From Octopus vulgaris (taxonomy: Eukaryota), in NCBI GenBank assembly GCA_951406725.2, contig OX597824.1:7502001-7566000 (forward strand): DNA of 64,000 nt, read 5' to 3'. Under the pieces are notes generated by a model. The model did not search any database. It was not told the origin of the DNA and saw only the letters and a program-made list of their open reading frames with translations. Each line of letters starts with the position of its first letter. The stretch's first letter is position 1. The position numbers and the translations under genes were made by a program. Positions 1 to 63,599 of the stretch are shown in pieces.

Positions 1-120
1 TGACCCCTTTTTCTATAATTTGACGAATCGTAATAACTGGGGAATTCATCTCGAACGGCTTAATCACGTATCTCAAGGATTACATCGTTGCAGGAGACGG
101 AGAAATAGAAATCATATACA

Positions 121-458
121 TTTGGGCAAGTGTCGTCTACTATAGCCTCGGGCCGACCAAAGCCTTGTGAGTGGATTTGGTAGACGGAAACTGAAAGAAA
201 CCCGTCGTATATATGTATATATATATATGTGTATGTGTGTGTGTGTGTTTGTGTGTTGTGTTTGTCCCCCTAGCATTGCTTCACAACCGATGCTGGTGTG
301 TTTCTGTCCCCGTTACTTAGCGGTTCGGCAAAAGAGACCGATAGAATAAGTACTAGGCTTACAAAGAATAAGTCCCGGGGTCGAGTTGCTCGATTAAAGG
401 CGGTGCTCCAGCATGGCCGCAGTCAGATGACTGAAACAAGTACAAGAGTAAAAGAGTA
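121..458 (+). mobile_element. tRNA-derived SINE family A, 5'-truncated
   Basis: near-identical to copies at 33502 and 42451; internal microsatellite; tail ...CCAGCATGGCCGCAGTC..GACTGAAAC followed by AAAAGAGT repeats. Confidence 0.85.
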
Positions 459-1774
459 TTTATGTTTCTGGATTGCTCATGAAAGAGAGGGTTTAATAAA
501 CCAAATATTCGGTCCCGAAGAAAAAGACAAAGTGCTGTTTCAGATAATTATTTTAAAAAACCATTTGAACGAACATTTAAAATCATGCACGTGTATTCTC
601 CGAACACTTTTATTAAAATAATAATCTCACTTGTATAATGAAGATGGACCAGTCAGCTGAACGGGCTAAATAGAACGAAATAATTAACACAAGATTGTAA
701 ATTCGGGGATAAGGCTTGGTACATTGTTAACTGTTTGATATGTAATCAAATCGTCATGTTTTTTTTTTCGCCATCAAGAAACATACTATGCCTGGCCTGT
801 TTAAGCAATTCTTATCGCATAAACAGACCAGGAATTGCGCATTTCTTAACGAAAATATTAGGGTTATGACTTTCTGATTTTTTTAGAAGTAATCAATTTC
901 CTGTATCAAAAGTTGATGAACAATTTCATATAAGTAGGGAAAATACCTTTTATTTTAAGTTTTTTCTTTTTAAAAAAGTCACCCCAAACTGAAGAAATCA
1001 GACACCCTTTTTGACCCAAATCATGCAAAATTTTAGTTGGGGTTTATAATGCTTACTGAAGTGTTTACGAATTGGTGTGCTGATTTAATGAAAATCAGAA
1101 ACAGTATATCTCAAATTTCACCTTTCAAGTTGAAGTAGTTTAGGAGTTATAGAGTTTTTAATTTGTTACCACTTAGGCCCTACTTTAGGAAATATCCTCT
1201 CTCTCTCATGTTTAGTTCTTTGACGCAAAAAGAAAAGTGCTTGTGTCACCCAAAGAAACAAAAAAATTTGGACGAAGAATCTCGTGCAATTTTAAGACTC
1301 ACATAGGAAAAGACGACCTGATCCTCTAGAAGAGCATTTTTTGGAAAACAACTGCAGGATACCAAAGAAACTTCAAATTATCGGTCGCTACCTGTTCCGA
1401 AGAGGTGCCATCAAAGGAAGGAAAGAAAGAGCAAAGGAAATTTCGAAAGAAGTAACTTTTTTTATGACAAAAGAAATTAAATTTCTCATATTTATCAACT
1501 TAAAATGTGCAAGCAAAAGTAGAAAAAGTGCTGAATACCTACGTTGAATGTGTAAAACAAGCAAAATACGATTCATTGAAAGGAATTTTTGACATCACAA
1601 AGGAAAACGGTGAATGGCTGTGCAGTGAGGATAGAAGGTTATATTATCTTCAGATTGAAAGCAAGGGGCAGGTTGGGTATGCAACTGGAAAGGCAGCCAG
1701 TTCCAAAACTGTCCATCCACCCAAAAGAAGAAAAGTGTCCTGAATGCCACTCCAGTGTCATTCAGGGAAAAGCT

Positions 1775-2198
1775 GATACTCTTTACTCTTTCACTTGTTT
1801 CAGTCATTTGACTGCGGCCATGCCGGAGCACCGCCTTTAATCGAGCAACTCGACCCCGGGATTTATTCTTTTGTAAGCCCAGTACTTATTCTATCGGTCT
1901 CTTTTGCCGAACCGCTAAGTAACGGGTACGTAAACACACCAGCATCGGTTGTGAAGCAATGCTAGGGGGACAAACACAGACACACAAACACACACACACA
2001 CACACGCATATATATATATATATATACATATATACGACGGGCTTCTTTCAATTTCCGTCTACCAAATCCACTCACAAGGCATTGGTCGGCCTGGGGCTAT
2101 AGCAGAAGACACTTGCCCAAGATGCCACGCAGTGGGACTGAACCTGGAACCATGTGGTTGGTTAGCAAGCTACTTACCACACAGCCACTCCTGCGCCT
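1775..2198 (-). mobile_element. SINE family A inserted in the hATm transposase
   Basis: full head-to-tail reverse-complement copy. Confidence 0.88.
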
Positions 2199-2963
2199 AT
2201 ACTGTTGTGAAAGGAATAACAGCTGTTTTAGATGAATACAATTTATGGAACTGTGTAAAGATGATTGTCGCTGATACAACGAGTTTGAACACTGGAAAAA
2301 GAAATGGCATTGTCAATCAGTTGCAAAGACTGTTTGCTCAAAAGAGTTTGAAAGGACTGCAATTCATTGGTTGTCAGCATCACATACTTGATAGAGTTCT
2401 TCGTATTGTAGTGAATAACTTGGAGAAAAAGTCATCTCCCAATATTGAATATACATTCATCCCAGAGCTTCTAAGTAATTACGAGAAACTCCAGGCTAAT
2501 TTCAACAATGGTGAAGAAAAGATTACTGAATCAGCAGGATGGCGAGATGACATGAAATTTCTATTTCATTTGACCAGAGTTTTTCATTTCTTTGAAGAAG
2601 TCGGCGAATTTCCTACTGTAAAGTTTCGAAAAATACCCAACTTAAGTCATACAAGATGGAATTCTCGAGCAACACTAGCGCTTTTGGCAGTTATTCTTCT
2701 ACCAGAAAAAAGAGTTTTGCTTTTCAATGTTTGTCGATTCATCCCTTACAGCTGTGCAGATTTTTGGTTTACTGACCAAATGTTCAATACACATAATTAT
2801 CAGAAGTTATGTGGTAGCCTGCAAGTTCATAAAAAAAATTTTGGAGTCGAGAACCATCAAAACTGGAAATTCTCAGAACAAATCAAAATTGCAGAACGAG
2901 GCACCAAGTGCCTTCAAGATCTTTATGATGTGTATACAAAGAAGGAGAAACTTCAGCTTCGAT

Positions 2964-3143
2964 CCGTGGAATAAGCTGCCAGACGAGATGGGGAAGATGC
3001 CGACGACCGCTCGGTTCAAAGTCTCCCTTGACCACAAGTGGCCTGAACTCTTTACATGAACACCACCCTGTACATAACTCCATGTCCCCCTACATGGCCT
3101 TGCTTTTTGCTTTTTGAACCAAAAAATTAACTAACTAACTAAC
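2964..3143 (+). mobile_element. 3' end of a CR1-group LINE
   Basis: PWNKLP...FKVSLDHKW C-terminal ORF2 motif, then a short UTR ending in (TAAC)n; interrupts the last codons of the hAT transposase. Confidence 0.7.
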
Positions 3144-4073
3144 ATTTTATTCAAGAAAACATATTAATTCTTTGTTATGTTTAAAAATTTGCTAACATTC
3201 AGTACCATTTTTCTTATGCAATTATTCAAAATTGGAATTAAATCTATAAAGTTTAAAATATGCATTGTTTTTTTTTAAATTTTGTATGTTATCGAATTCT
3301 TGTAGTGGCCTCTGTCTTAAAAAAGCCTAGTTTTGAACCCTTGCATAGAGCAATTTCAATTCAGTAATCTTTAAAATGCATAAATACATGTTTCTTCCAC
3401 ATCTCTGTTGCGTTTACAGGGATTTAGGCAGCGGAAATATTGAAGAGGGAATTTAGTGCCATCTAGTGATCATAGTTTCAAAAGCCCATAACTCCGAAAC
3501 TACTTCAACTAGAAAGCTGAAATTTCAGATATACTATTTCTGCATCCCATTGAATCAGCACATCAAGTTTGGTAAAAACTTGAGCAGGCGTTATGGTTCC
3601 ACCCTACAATTTTGCATGCTTTGGGTCAAAAGTGGTGATCGATTTCTTAAGTTGTCGGGTGACATTTTTTCAGATAAAGCATAATAAATGTTAGTTTCTT
3701 AACTTTTATAAAATCATTCATCGAAATACAGTATAGGGTTATTAGGTTGTGAAAAGGTCATAACCCTAGTAAACATACTCCCTCGGTGATAAATTAAAAC
3801 TTGCCAAAGCTACTGTTACTCGTCGAAAAAGAAGTCGAGCAATTACTTAGCGATACAACACCAGCGACTCCAGCGACACCAATGATATATTTCTACAATT
3901 TAATCGTATTATTCTGGTACAACACAAATGGTTCGGAACCTCCTATAATCCGCAATAATTCATGAGCAGGAACTTCAAATGTCAGCGGTCGCCAGACTAG
4001 TTCCCTGGAATCCTGCAGACTTGTGCCTTGCAGATTGCTATATCAATAAACTTGTATTATTTATGCTAATGTA

Positions 4074-4280
4074 AGGTGGCGAGGTGGCAGAATCGTTAGC
4101 ACTCCGGGCAAAATGCTTAGCGGCATTCATTACGTTCTGAGTTCAAATTCCACCGAGGTCGACTTTGTCCTTCATCCATTTCGAGGTCGATGAAATAAAT
4201 ACCAGGTAGATACGAGGGTTGATGTAATTGACTTAGCCCTCCCCCGAAATGTCTGGCCTTGTGCCAAAATTTGAAACTAT
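4074..4280 (+). mobile_element. tRNA-derived SINE family B (Meta/MESC-like core)
   Basis: GGCGAG.TGGCAGAATCGTTAG head, GAGTTCAAATTCC B box, core CTTCATCC..CGAGGTCGATGAAATAA.TACCAG. Confidence 0.75.
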
Positions 4281-4764
4281 TACTTCTAATAATGTACGGG
4301 TACGTGTCTACTTTGGAGTGTGTTGACCAGGGTGACCATCTCAGGTTTGGAAATCAATAACCCTGAAGGGCTTCGGGAATGTAGCTTCAGGAAAATCGAT
4401 GTTGTATCTATAAGAAGTAAGCTAAAGCCTCCCGTAGTCACAATTCAAGCAAAATTAATTTCAGATATAATAATTGTCACCAAGAAGCTATTTCAGAAAG
4501 TCTCTCATTATAATAATCGCTGAATTATTTATTTCTGGTAAAACTGGTGGCGACATAAAACTATTGTTTTATTTCATATTTATTCAAAATATGTTGCTCC
4601 TGCTTCAAGGCATTAACGAAAATTTTTTAAAATATTTATTCGTGATGTCATGTGTACTCTACCCAAGAGGACTTGTATATAATTCTCAATCGATTCTATG
4701 TAGCTAGTATGTTGAAGTATTTTTGTCAATTTAATTATTAATGATCACTTTAACTTTATGCATA

Positions 4765-5150
<386 letters not shown>

Positions 5151-5261
5151 ATTATTATTGAGTGAGAGAGCAGTTCATGCCATCAAAGTGACACTGGGGT
5201 AAAATATACGAAGCCCAATATACCCATCATGACTACCCGCCTGATAAGGGTACACCAGGCA

Positions 5262-5292
<31 letters not shown>

Positions 5293-5296
5293 GTTG

Positions 5297-5361
<65 letters not shown>

Positions 5362-5365
5362 GTTA

Positions 5366-5409
<44 letters not shown>

Positions 5410-5472
5410 GTTGTCATTATTATTGCATATGTATGGATCCCTAGCAGCATTTTAATTATTGTTATTATTATT

Positions 5473-5633
5473 GTGGCTGTGTGGTAACTAGCTTGCTTAC
5501 CAACCACATGGTACCGGGTACAGTCCTAATGCGTGGCACCTTGGGCAAGTGTCTTCTATTATAGCCTCGGGCCCACCAAAGCCTTGTGAGTGGATTTGGT
5601 AGACGGAAACTGAAAGACGCCTGTCCTATATGT

Positions 5634-5671
<38 letters not shown>

Positions 5672-5848
5672 CTGCCATTGGTTGACAACAGATGTTGATG
5701 CTTACATCCCAGAAACTTAGCGGTTCGGCAAAAAGACACCGATAGAATTAGTACTAGGCTTATAAAGAATAAGTCCTGGGGGCTCGATTTGTTTGATTAA
5801 AGGCAGTGGTCCAGCATGGCCGCAGTCAAATGACTGAAACAAATAAAA
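5473..5848 (+). mobile_element. SINE family A
   Basis: diverged near-complete copy. Confidence 0.8.
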
Positions 5849-5862
5849 TTTTTAAAATATGT

Positions 5863-5900
<38 letters not shown>

Positions 5901-6071
5901 CTTGAGAATTTGTTTTGTAAGGCATTTGATACACCTGTATTTGTTTATGTTTTTCATACATATGCCACTGGTCACTTTGAGCTATTTCTCTTAATTTATT
6001 TTTGTTTTATGTGTGTGTGTGTGTATTTTTATATAGATAAACCTACACATTATGTCTATGTACACGCATAC

Positions 6072-6113
<42 letters not shown>

Positions 6114-6212
6114 ACATGCCTCAAGAATTTGTGTTGTATGGAATTTGATACACCTGTATTTGTCTGTTTTTCACTTTGAGCTATTTCTCTTAACTCATTT
6201 TTGTTATATATG

Positions 6213-6248
<36 letters not shown>

Positions 6249-6885
6249 CGTGCCTGCGTGTGTGTGTGTGTGTATTTGTATATAGAGAAACCTACACATT
6301 ATGTCTATGTACACACACACACACACGCACATTTCTCGTTTCTTTAGTTACCGTCTTGTACAATTTTGGCTGAGTCACTGAGTGATTGCGTGTCTGAGTG
6401 AATTTGTATTTGTAAGTCTGTATCTTTAGGTATGTGTTTGCGTGTGGGATTGCCCTATGGACCGTAGAAACGCTCTTTCTGTATGACAGTCGTTGCAATG
6501 CGACGAACCGTCTACCACGCCATATCAGTTTCTGACTTAACTTTAGCCACCACCCCACCTCAAACCTACGCGATTGGTACATTACAATTACATTACAATG
6601 ATAACAATATAACCTATAGAGAGAGAAGAATCAAAATCCTATCAGACCCAGACTGGTGGAGTGTGGCTGTGATACACGTCGAGAAATACAAACGCATTGA
6701 AGCTAACACAAAGTTCAACGGCGATTATATTTGCAGCAGTATCGACTTCATCCACGGCATTGTCATCATCATCAGATCAGTATCATCTTCATCGCCGTCG
6801 CCCTCGTCGTCTCCATCGCCCTCGTCGACATTATCAGCATTTCCAAAGAAACAATAATTAGTGTTACAGTTAAACAGCGGACAAA

Positions 6886-34353
<27,468 letters not shown>

Positions 34354-34609
34354 AACATCCATAAACCTCCCACAAAATTGATGCTCTTGTGGAAAAGTTT
34401 CAAACCCGTTGTTGTTGTTGTTCATATTGTTGTTGTTGTTGTTGTTGTTGTTAACGCGGTGAGCTGGCAGAATCGATACAGCGCCAGGAAAGTGTTCAGT
34501 CGCATTCCTTCCAACTTTAAGTTCTGAGTTCAAATTTCACAGAGATCGACCTTGCCTTTTATCCTTATGGGATCGATAATCTAAGTACTGGGGTCGATGT
34601 TACCATCTC

Positions 34610-35030
34610 ACAGGATGGTAACATTCTCTCTCTCTCTCTCAGTGACTGACTCTGGATGGTGTTCATACAAGTTCTTAGGGTGCGGGATATCATAGTGACA
34701 ACATATGCTCCAGTACAAATATTGACCAACTCGATCATGCCTGGTTTTATATTCTTTAAAGGTGAGGACTGAGCTACCGGCAACAATGTGGCCAGTGCTC
34801 TCAATTCTGTCATCGCAGAATCTACACTGTGTGCCTGCCCCATTCTGCGTGACATTTGCTTAATAGTTCCGTGTGAGGAGACTCTAATATTGTGCCGCTA
34901 GGATAAATCCTGTTTCACTTTCCAAACCAGTGTTCTGCAGCCACTGATGGGTTCTTCCCATATCTACATCAGCTTTCTCAGCTTGTTTGGAGTATTGCTC
35001 ATGCAATGGTTTTTCTTGCCATACTTAGGA
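34610..35030 (-). mobile_element. R4/Dong-type LINE fragment
   Basis: WQEKPLH...THQWLQNTGL..ETGFILAAQ...CRFC...HIVAG, with stops. Confidence 0.7.
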
Positions 35031-35358
35031 CATTATTATTATAATACTGGGGTCGATGTAACTGTATTTTACCTTCTCGTAATAAAGATTATTTCGTTTT
35101 AACCTTTTGTCTCTTTTCGTGTTTATCTTCGCATCGCGACGACAGGCTGGCAGAATCGGTGGAGCGTCAGATGAAATGCCTTGCGGCATTCGTTCCGGTT
35201 CGTTACCTTTATGAATTAAAATGCCGCCGGGATTAGCTTTGCTTTTCCTTCCTCCATTGTGAGAAAAATAAGATACCAGTCAAGTACTCGGGTCGATGCT
35301 ATCGACAAATCATCATCATCATCGTCATCATCGTCACCACCATCATCATCATCATCAA

Positions 35359-35390
<32 letters not shown>

Positions 35391-36428
35391 CCACCACCAC
35401 CACCACCACCACCACCACCACCACCATCATCGTTATCCTCCTCCTCCTCCTCGTCATCATCATCTTAATCAATATCTATAGAGTTGAAATGCGAAAAAGT
35501 TGTTTGATTTCTTGATTATTTGTCTCATTTTGGGATGGGAACGGTTTAAGGGGCGGTATATGGGGTCGGACTGGCACCAAAATTTACACTGGGGGGGGGG
35601 GGGGTAAAATGGGGTGGGCAATGGTGTGAGGAGGGCTGCAAATCGCTTGGGGCTACCGTTTGGTTGCCATGGTGAGGAATATGGGAAAAAAATTGAGTTT
35701 TAAAGAAGATAAAGACGAAGAAAAAATTTTTTAAATAAGAAAAAGAAAAAGAAAAGGGCAATCAAAAGAACCAGGCAAAGAAGACGAACAAAAGAAGAAA
35801 GGGAAAAGGAGACAACACACACACAAAACAACACCACATCCACCAAAACCCGAGCGAAGCCCAGGTAAAAATAGCTAGGCGCAGGAGTGGCTGTGTGGAA
35901 ATAGTAGCTTTCTAACCAACCACAAGGTTCCGGGTTCAGATGCGTGGCATATATAGCCTCGGGCCGATGCCTTGTGAGTGGATTTCGGAAACTAAAAAGC
36001 CTGTCGTATATATGTATATATATATATGTGTGTGTCTGTGTGTCTGTGTTTGTCCCCTACTCATAAATCATTGGTTGAGTTAACGCATGCATCAAATGAC
36101 TGAAACAAGTAAAGAGTAAAAAGAGTAAAGTTACCTGAACTTCTGTTCTACGTTACCTGAACTTCTGTTCTAACATGTCTGTGTGCACGATCAGTTTTTA
36201 CATATGTTTCTTTCTTGATAAACACAACCAAAAGTATGCATGTGTTCATTTAGAGAATCTCATAAGGAAAATGTTTGGAATGTCTTACAGATTTTTATTG
36301 TGCCTTCCTGTAGATAGTCCTGTAAATAGTCTTTGGAAATATGCCTCAAGAGCAGGTAGTATCTTGAAGACATTTTAAGGCAGCTGCTGATTATGTGGGT
36401 GATATCTTCCACATTGGTATAGCAGACT

Positions 36429-37155
36429 ATGCTGGACGAACTGGATTTCAGGGGTTCGGCTGTCGGCCTGAAGATCAGGCGTACGAAATCCAAGTATATA
36501 CGGTCTGAGGGCGTAGTGATCGGTCACCTAAGAGTCGGAGGCAATGAAGTAGAAGAGGCAAGCAGCTATGTGTATCTCGGTCAAGAAGCGACTATAAGGC
36601 GGGAGATGAAGAATGAGATCTGGCGAAGGGTAGGAGCCGGATGAAGATGAAGAGCATTCAGTTCGGTGAAAGATGTGCTGAAGGTGAACCTAGACAAGGC
36701 AGCTCTCGCCAATCTCTTCAACGGCAGTCTTGCTTGCAATGCTATATGCATGTGAGACTTGGGCCTTGACGAAGAGAGAATAACAACCTCTGCTTACAGC
36801 ACAGAGAGCCATGGAAATGTCGGTGTTGGGAATCGCGCTAAGAGATCACAATTGGAACGAGGAGATCAGGGATAGGAAGACGTCGTCGAAGAATACCACC
36901 AGGTAAAGCTACGGTGGGCCAGTGATGTCGCGAGGCTCACAGACACGATGGCTCCATGCAGTTGTCGAGTGGTACCCATGTGAGCAGATGAGACCATTCG
37001 GAAGACGTCCAATCAGGTGGGAAAAGGATTTAAGATAAATGTTTGGAACAACGTGGAAGAGAATGTCAAGAGCACGAGGGAAATGGAGTGAATGCCGTGG
37101 CCAGTAGATCCGACATGGCACCAGACGGCCTGACCAATCCAGGTGATCTAGGTAT
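36429..37155 (+). mobile_element. RTE-clade LINE 3' portion, degenerate
   Basis: VGLKI..TKSKYI...EEASSYVYLGQE...EIWRRVGAG*, then YACETW and KLRWA motifs across frameshifts. Confidence 0.8.
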
Positions 37156-37589
37156 AGCAGAGACGGCATTTTTAATTACAACGTGGAGGTTTGGTGATAT
37201 CTTTGTCGATCTTGTTTATCAGGTATTAGTCTCCAACTCCTCGATGGCAAACGCGTATGCTTCTAGGTGGCATGTAATGTATCTATTGCAGCCCAGGACA
37301 AGCTACTCTTCCTGTCAATGTTGTTGTTGCCCTCGAGCTTACGGGATATGTACTCGCTTTTTGTTGATATGATGCTTGCTTCTCCTCCTAACTTCTGTTT
37401 AGGTAGACCAGTCCAGGCTCCTTTGGGTCGCGTGAAACAGTTGAATTCTCAGATCACTTGCTCAGTAGTTCTTCTCCAACTCTGAAGATGTTCTTGCTCT
37501 CATTTTTGAGTAAGCATGGTATATACACATTTCTTTCTTTACTGTTTAGCAGGTGTTGTCTAAATGATAGAATTAAAAGACTGTTTGCA

Positions 37590-37819
37590 CTGACCCTATG
37601 CCTCTACCGCCATCACTTCATCTCACATATATCCTACTCTTCTCCTTTGGAAGCCAGCTGCTCGCGACACTAGAGGGCGCATACTCTCCTACCCTGATGT
37701 AATCTCCAGGGATACAGGCATCCAGCAACAGGACCTCCGTAATGCTATGATGGACCGTGAAGTCTGGCGTAACACAGAAAATTCCATTGTCTCGACCACG
37801 GTTGAACAATGATGATGAT
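37590..37819 (+). mobile_element. short RTE-like LINE 3' end with (TGA)n tail
   Basis: LLLWKP..RGR.LSYPDVISRDTG...LRNAMMDREVWR, then ATGATGATGA. Confidence 0.65.
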
Positions 37820-38833
37820 ATATCCTATCGGTGTTGCTGTTAATGTGGAAGTTGCCAGTTGTGGTCAGTACCTTTCTGATGTTGCTGTCCAGGCTGCGTA
37901 ACTCGTCGAGTGTCCAGTCCAATGTCCCAAATGTTGGTACTGGCCCTGGTGCTGCTAAAAGCATTGTGATATATAGTCTTGTTTAAATGCAGACAGCTCT
38001 GAGTTCCATATTTTCCGAAGTCTACAGAATTAGTTATTCTGGCTTTAGTCACAGCACCAATGCATGCAACATTCTCACCGATTCCGAGGTACTTGTAGCT
38101 TTGATCATTATAAATTGGGGAGACAGACAGACGAACCGTTGATGTACATGTTCCCTGCCTGGTCGCCAATCTTTCCTCGGTTGACTATCACGCATGAGCA
38201 TTTCTCTTGCCCAACCGCCATTCCTATAACTCGTAAGAATGCTGTGACTTCTAATTGTCTCTTGATGTTGGTCATATTACCAGAATATCAACAAAAATGC
38301 ATGGGTGTCATTTGTATGTATGTACGTATGTATGTATGCATGTATGCGTGTGTATGTATGTATATGTGAATGTATGCATTTATTTATGTGTGTATGTATA
38401 CTTCTATATGTGTGTGTATGTGCGTGTATGTTTGGGTGTGTGTATTGATTCTACGGAATTAAAAACAAATTATAAAATATATACAAAAAAGCAAAAATGC
38501 TTTAATTTGACATTTTTTAACCGTAAGCCGAATGAAGACACTACCAGACGACGTGAAGAAGAATATCAATCGTAATAGTATTTCTGAACATACGGCTGTT
38601 ATCTTCAGCTGTCACGGAGATAAGACACAATACATGCAGATCCAGTTGATAACATTCAGTGTCGAGAATAACCAAATTAAAGTCATTTGGTGCATCACTC
38701 ATACTTTCACAAGCTGCAGCTCGGAAGGAAACAATTTAGATCTTTCAAAAACTATATAACATTCTCTCTTCTTTCTTTATTTCTATTTCCCTCTCTTTCT
38801 CTTACACTTTCCTCCTCTTTCAAACTTGCCAAA

Positions 38834-62005
<23,172 letters not shown>

Positions 62006-62015
62006 TGAGTCATAA

Positions 62016-62051
<36 letters not shown>

Positions 62052-62116
62052 CCGTGTGTATATCGTTGGCGATTTTTTCCTCCTTCTTCCATTCCTTTGA
62101 TCTTTCCTTTTTCTAT

Positions 62117-62151
62117 GTTTCTGACGAAGAGCTCCGCTCGAAACGTTAAAT
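62117..62151 (+). ncRNA. minimal type I hammerhead-ribozyme-like motif (Penelope-type)
   Basis: GTTT-CTGACGA-A-GAGC-TCC-GCTC-GAAA-CG-TT-AAAT; conserved core intact, stems I and III very short. Confidence 0.5.
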
Positions 62152-62245
62152 CCTCCTCCTTTTTTCCTTCCTGAGCGTCCAATAACACTATACTTGTTCC
62201 AGCTCCTCACGTTGTTGTTTTCTCTCTGTGTTTTCATGTTTGGGT

Positions 62246-62305
<60 letters not shown>

Positions 62306-62375
62306 CATACAAACATACATACATACATACATACATACATACAAACATACACACACACACATATCTATCAATTTT

Positions 62376-62428
<53 letters not shown>

Positions 62429-62542
62429 ATATATATATATATAGAACATAATCAAAAAGGTTAATAACAAAGGTTATTATTACCAATGGCCCAGCACAAA
62501 AGACGACTTAGTCATTAGACAAAATATTATTCATATAGAAAT

Positions 62543-62755
62543 ATAATAAAAGGCTCCCAAATAAGGAAGCTTAGTGCTAGTGACACAAAGAGGGATAAAT
62601 TCATGGAGAGAGTGAAGATCAAAAAGGTAGAAAGAGGTAGAAACTGATCAGTCCGGGATATATCGTTAATGGTAAATGTTTTTGATTTTCACTCTCTCCA
62701 TGAATTTATCCCTCTTTGTGTCTCTAGCACTAAGCTTCCTTATTTGGGAGCCTTT

Positions 62756-62761
<6 letters not shown>
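62543..62761. repeat. inverted repeat, about 83-bp arms, 53-nt spacer
   Basis: 62543-62625 vs 62679-62761; two mismatches seen by eye. Confidence 0.92.
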
Positions 62762-62837
<76 letters not shown>

Positions 62838-63599
62838 ATATTATATGTATATATATATATATATATATATGGAAAATAGAAGTTAAAAATACAGAGAATA
62901 GTTGAAATATCTTTTATCATTATATTTCAAGGTTTAACCCTATTTTATAGGAAGCTCGTATGTTAGTGCGTTCATATGTGTTAGTATGTTGTCAAGTGAT
63001 ACTAACACACGACGTAGTGGAGAACCAACAAAAATTTCTAAGACCAGTCATGTGACTACCCTCTACCAATCAAGTCCTATTCAAAACATATACTAATCTG
63101 AGCCATGAACTCCCTCTAAAAATCAGGCAAGCTTCAAACACTAGTCAGAAGCAGGACGGCTGCAACATAAACCCTGTTTTTCTATTTCAAAAGTTTCTAT
63201 TACAAAATATATATATAAAATAAAAGAAGCAAAATGCCCACAGATTATATACTTTTTATATATATTTTTAATATATTTTATACTGGTTTCGCTTTTGCTC
63301 ATCGTGACATTGAAATTATTGTAATTTCGCATTTTCTTAAGAAGATTTTAATCCATGTTGTGTTTGAGTGTTTCTGAATAAAACGAATCAACAGGTAGAA
63401 AAATCTAACGAGAGGTAATTGTGCATGTTATTATTCAAGACAGTGAAGGTAATTGCTCGTTTTTGTTTTGAGGCGGGGGGTAAATAAATATACAAAAACT
63501 CAAAACCTAAAATAGTGAGATGAAATATTTACAGTGATGTGTATGTGAACATGGATTGAAATATATACTGAAAACAAAGTTGGCTAAGCGTTCCCATGC

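Larger units (their letters stand above)
859..3768 (+). mobile_element. full-length degenerate hAT DNA transposon (hATm-like)
   Basis: TIRs TAGGGTTATGAC at 859 and inverted ending at 3768; imperfect subterminal inverted repeats (~975-1160 vs ~3480-3670); flanks gaaaatat/gtaaacat (6/8, decayed 8-bp TSD); transposase pieces FDI..EDRRLY (1507-1743) and ADTTSLNTG...GCQHHILD...RWNSR (2200-2960). Confidence 0.8.
36170..38280 (-). mobile_element. R4/Dong-group (REL endonuclease) LINE relic split by two RTE insertions
   Basis: YKYLG...PTFGTLDWTLDELRSLD..IRKVLT..GNFHINS; EDITHIISSCLKMSSRYYL; same family as 40516-41915. Confidence 0.75.

Noticed and set aside
298-621. Recurrent ORFs such as SPLLSGSAKETDRISTGLTK and MVPGSVPLRGTLGKCLLL
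   Set aside because: Incidental frames of the high-copy SINE family A
2132-2974. 280-aa ORF as a host gene or domesticated transposase
   Set aside because: Its start lies within a SINE, its end within a LINE fragment, and the transposase is deleted and frameshifted
35309-35465. Poly-His and poly-Ser/Pro ORFs
   Set aside because: (CAT)n/(CAC)n microsatellite following a SINE
63282-63310. Minus-strand ACGATGA-GC-AAAA-GC-GAAACCAGTA hammerhead-like motif downstream of the Penelope fragment
   Set aside because: Core is mutated, stem II is only 2 bp and no stem I is evident; too weak to call
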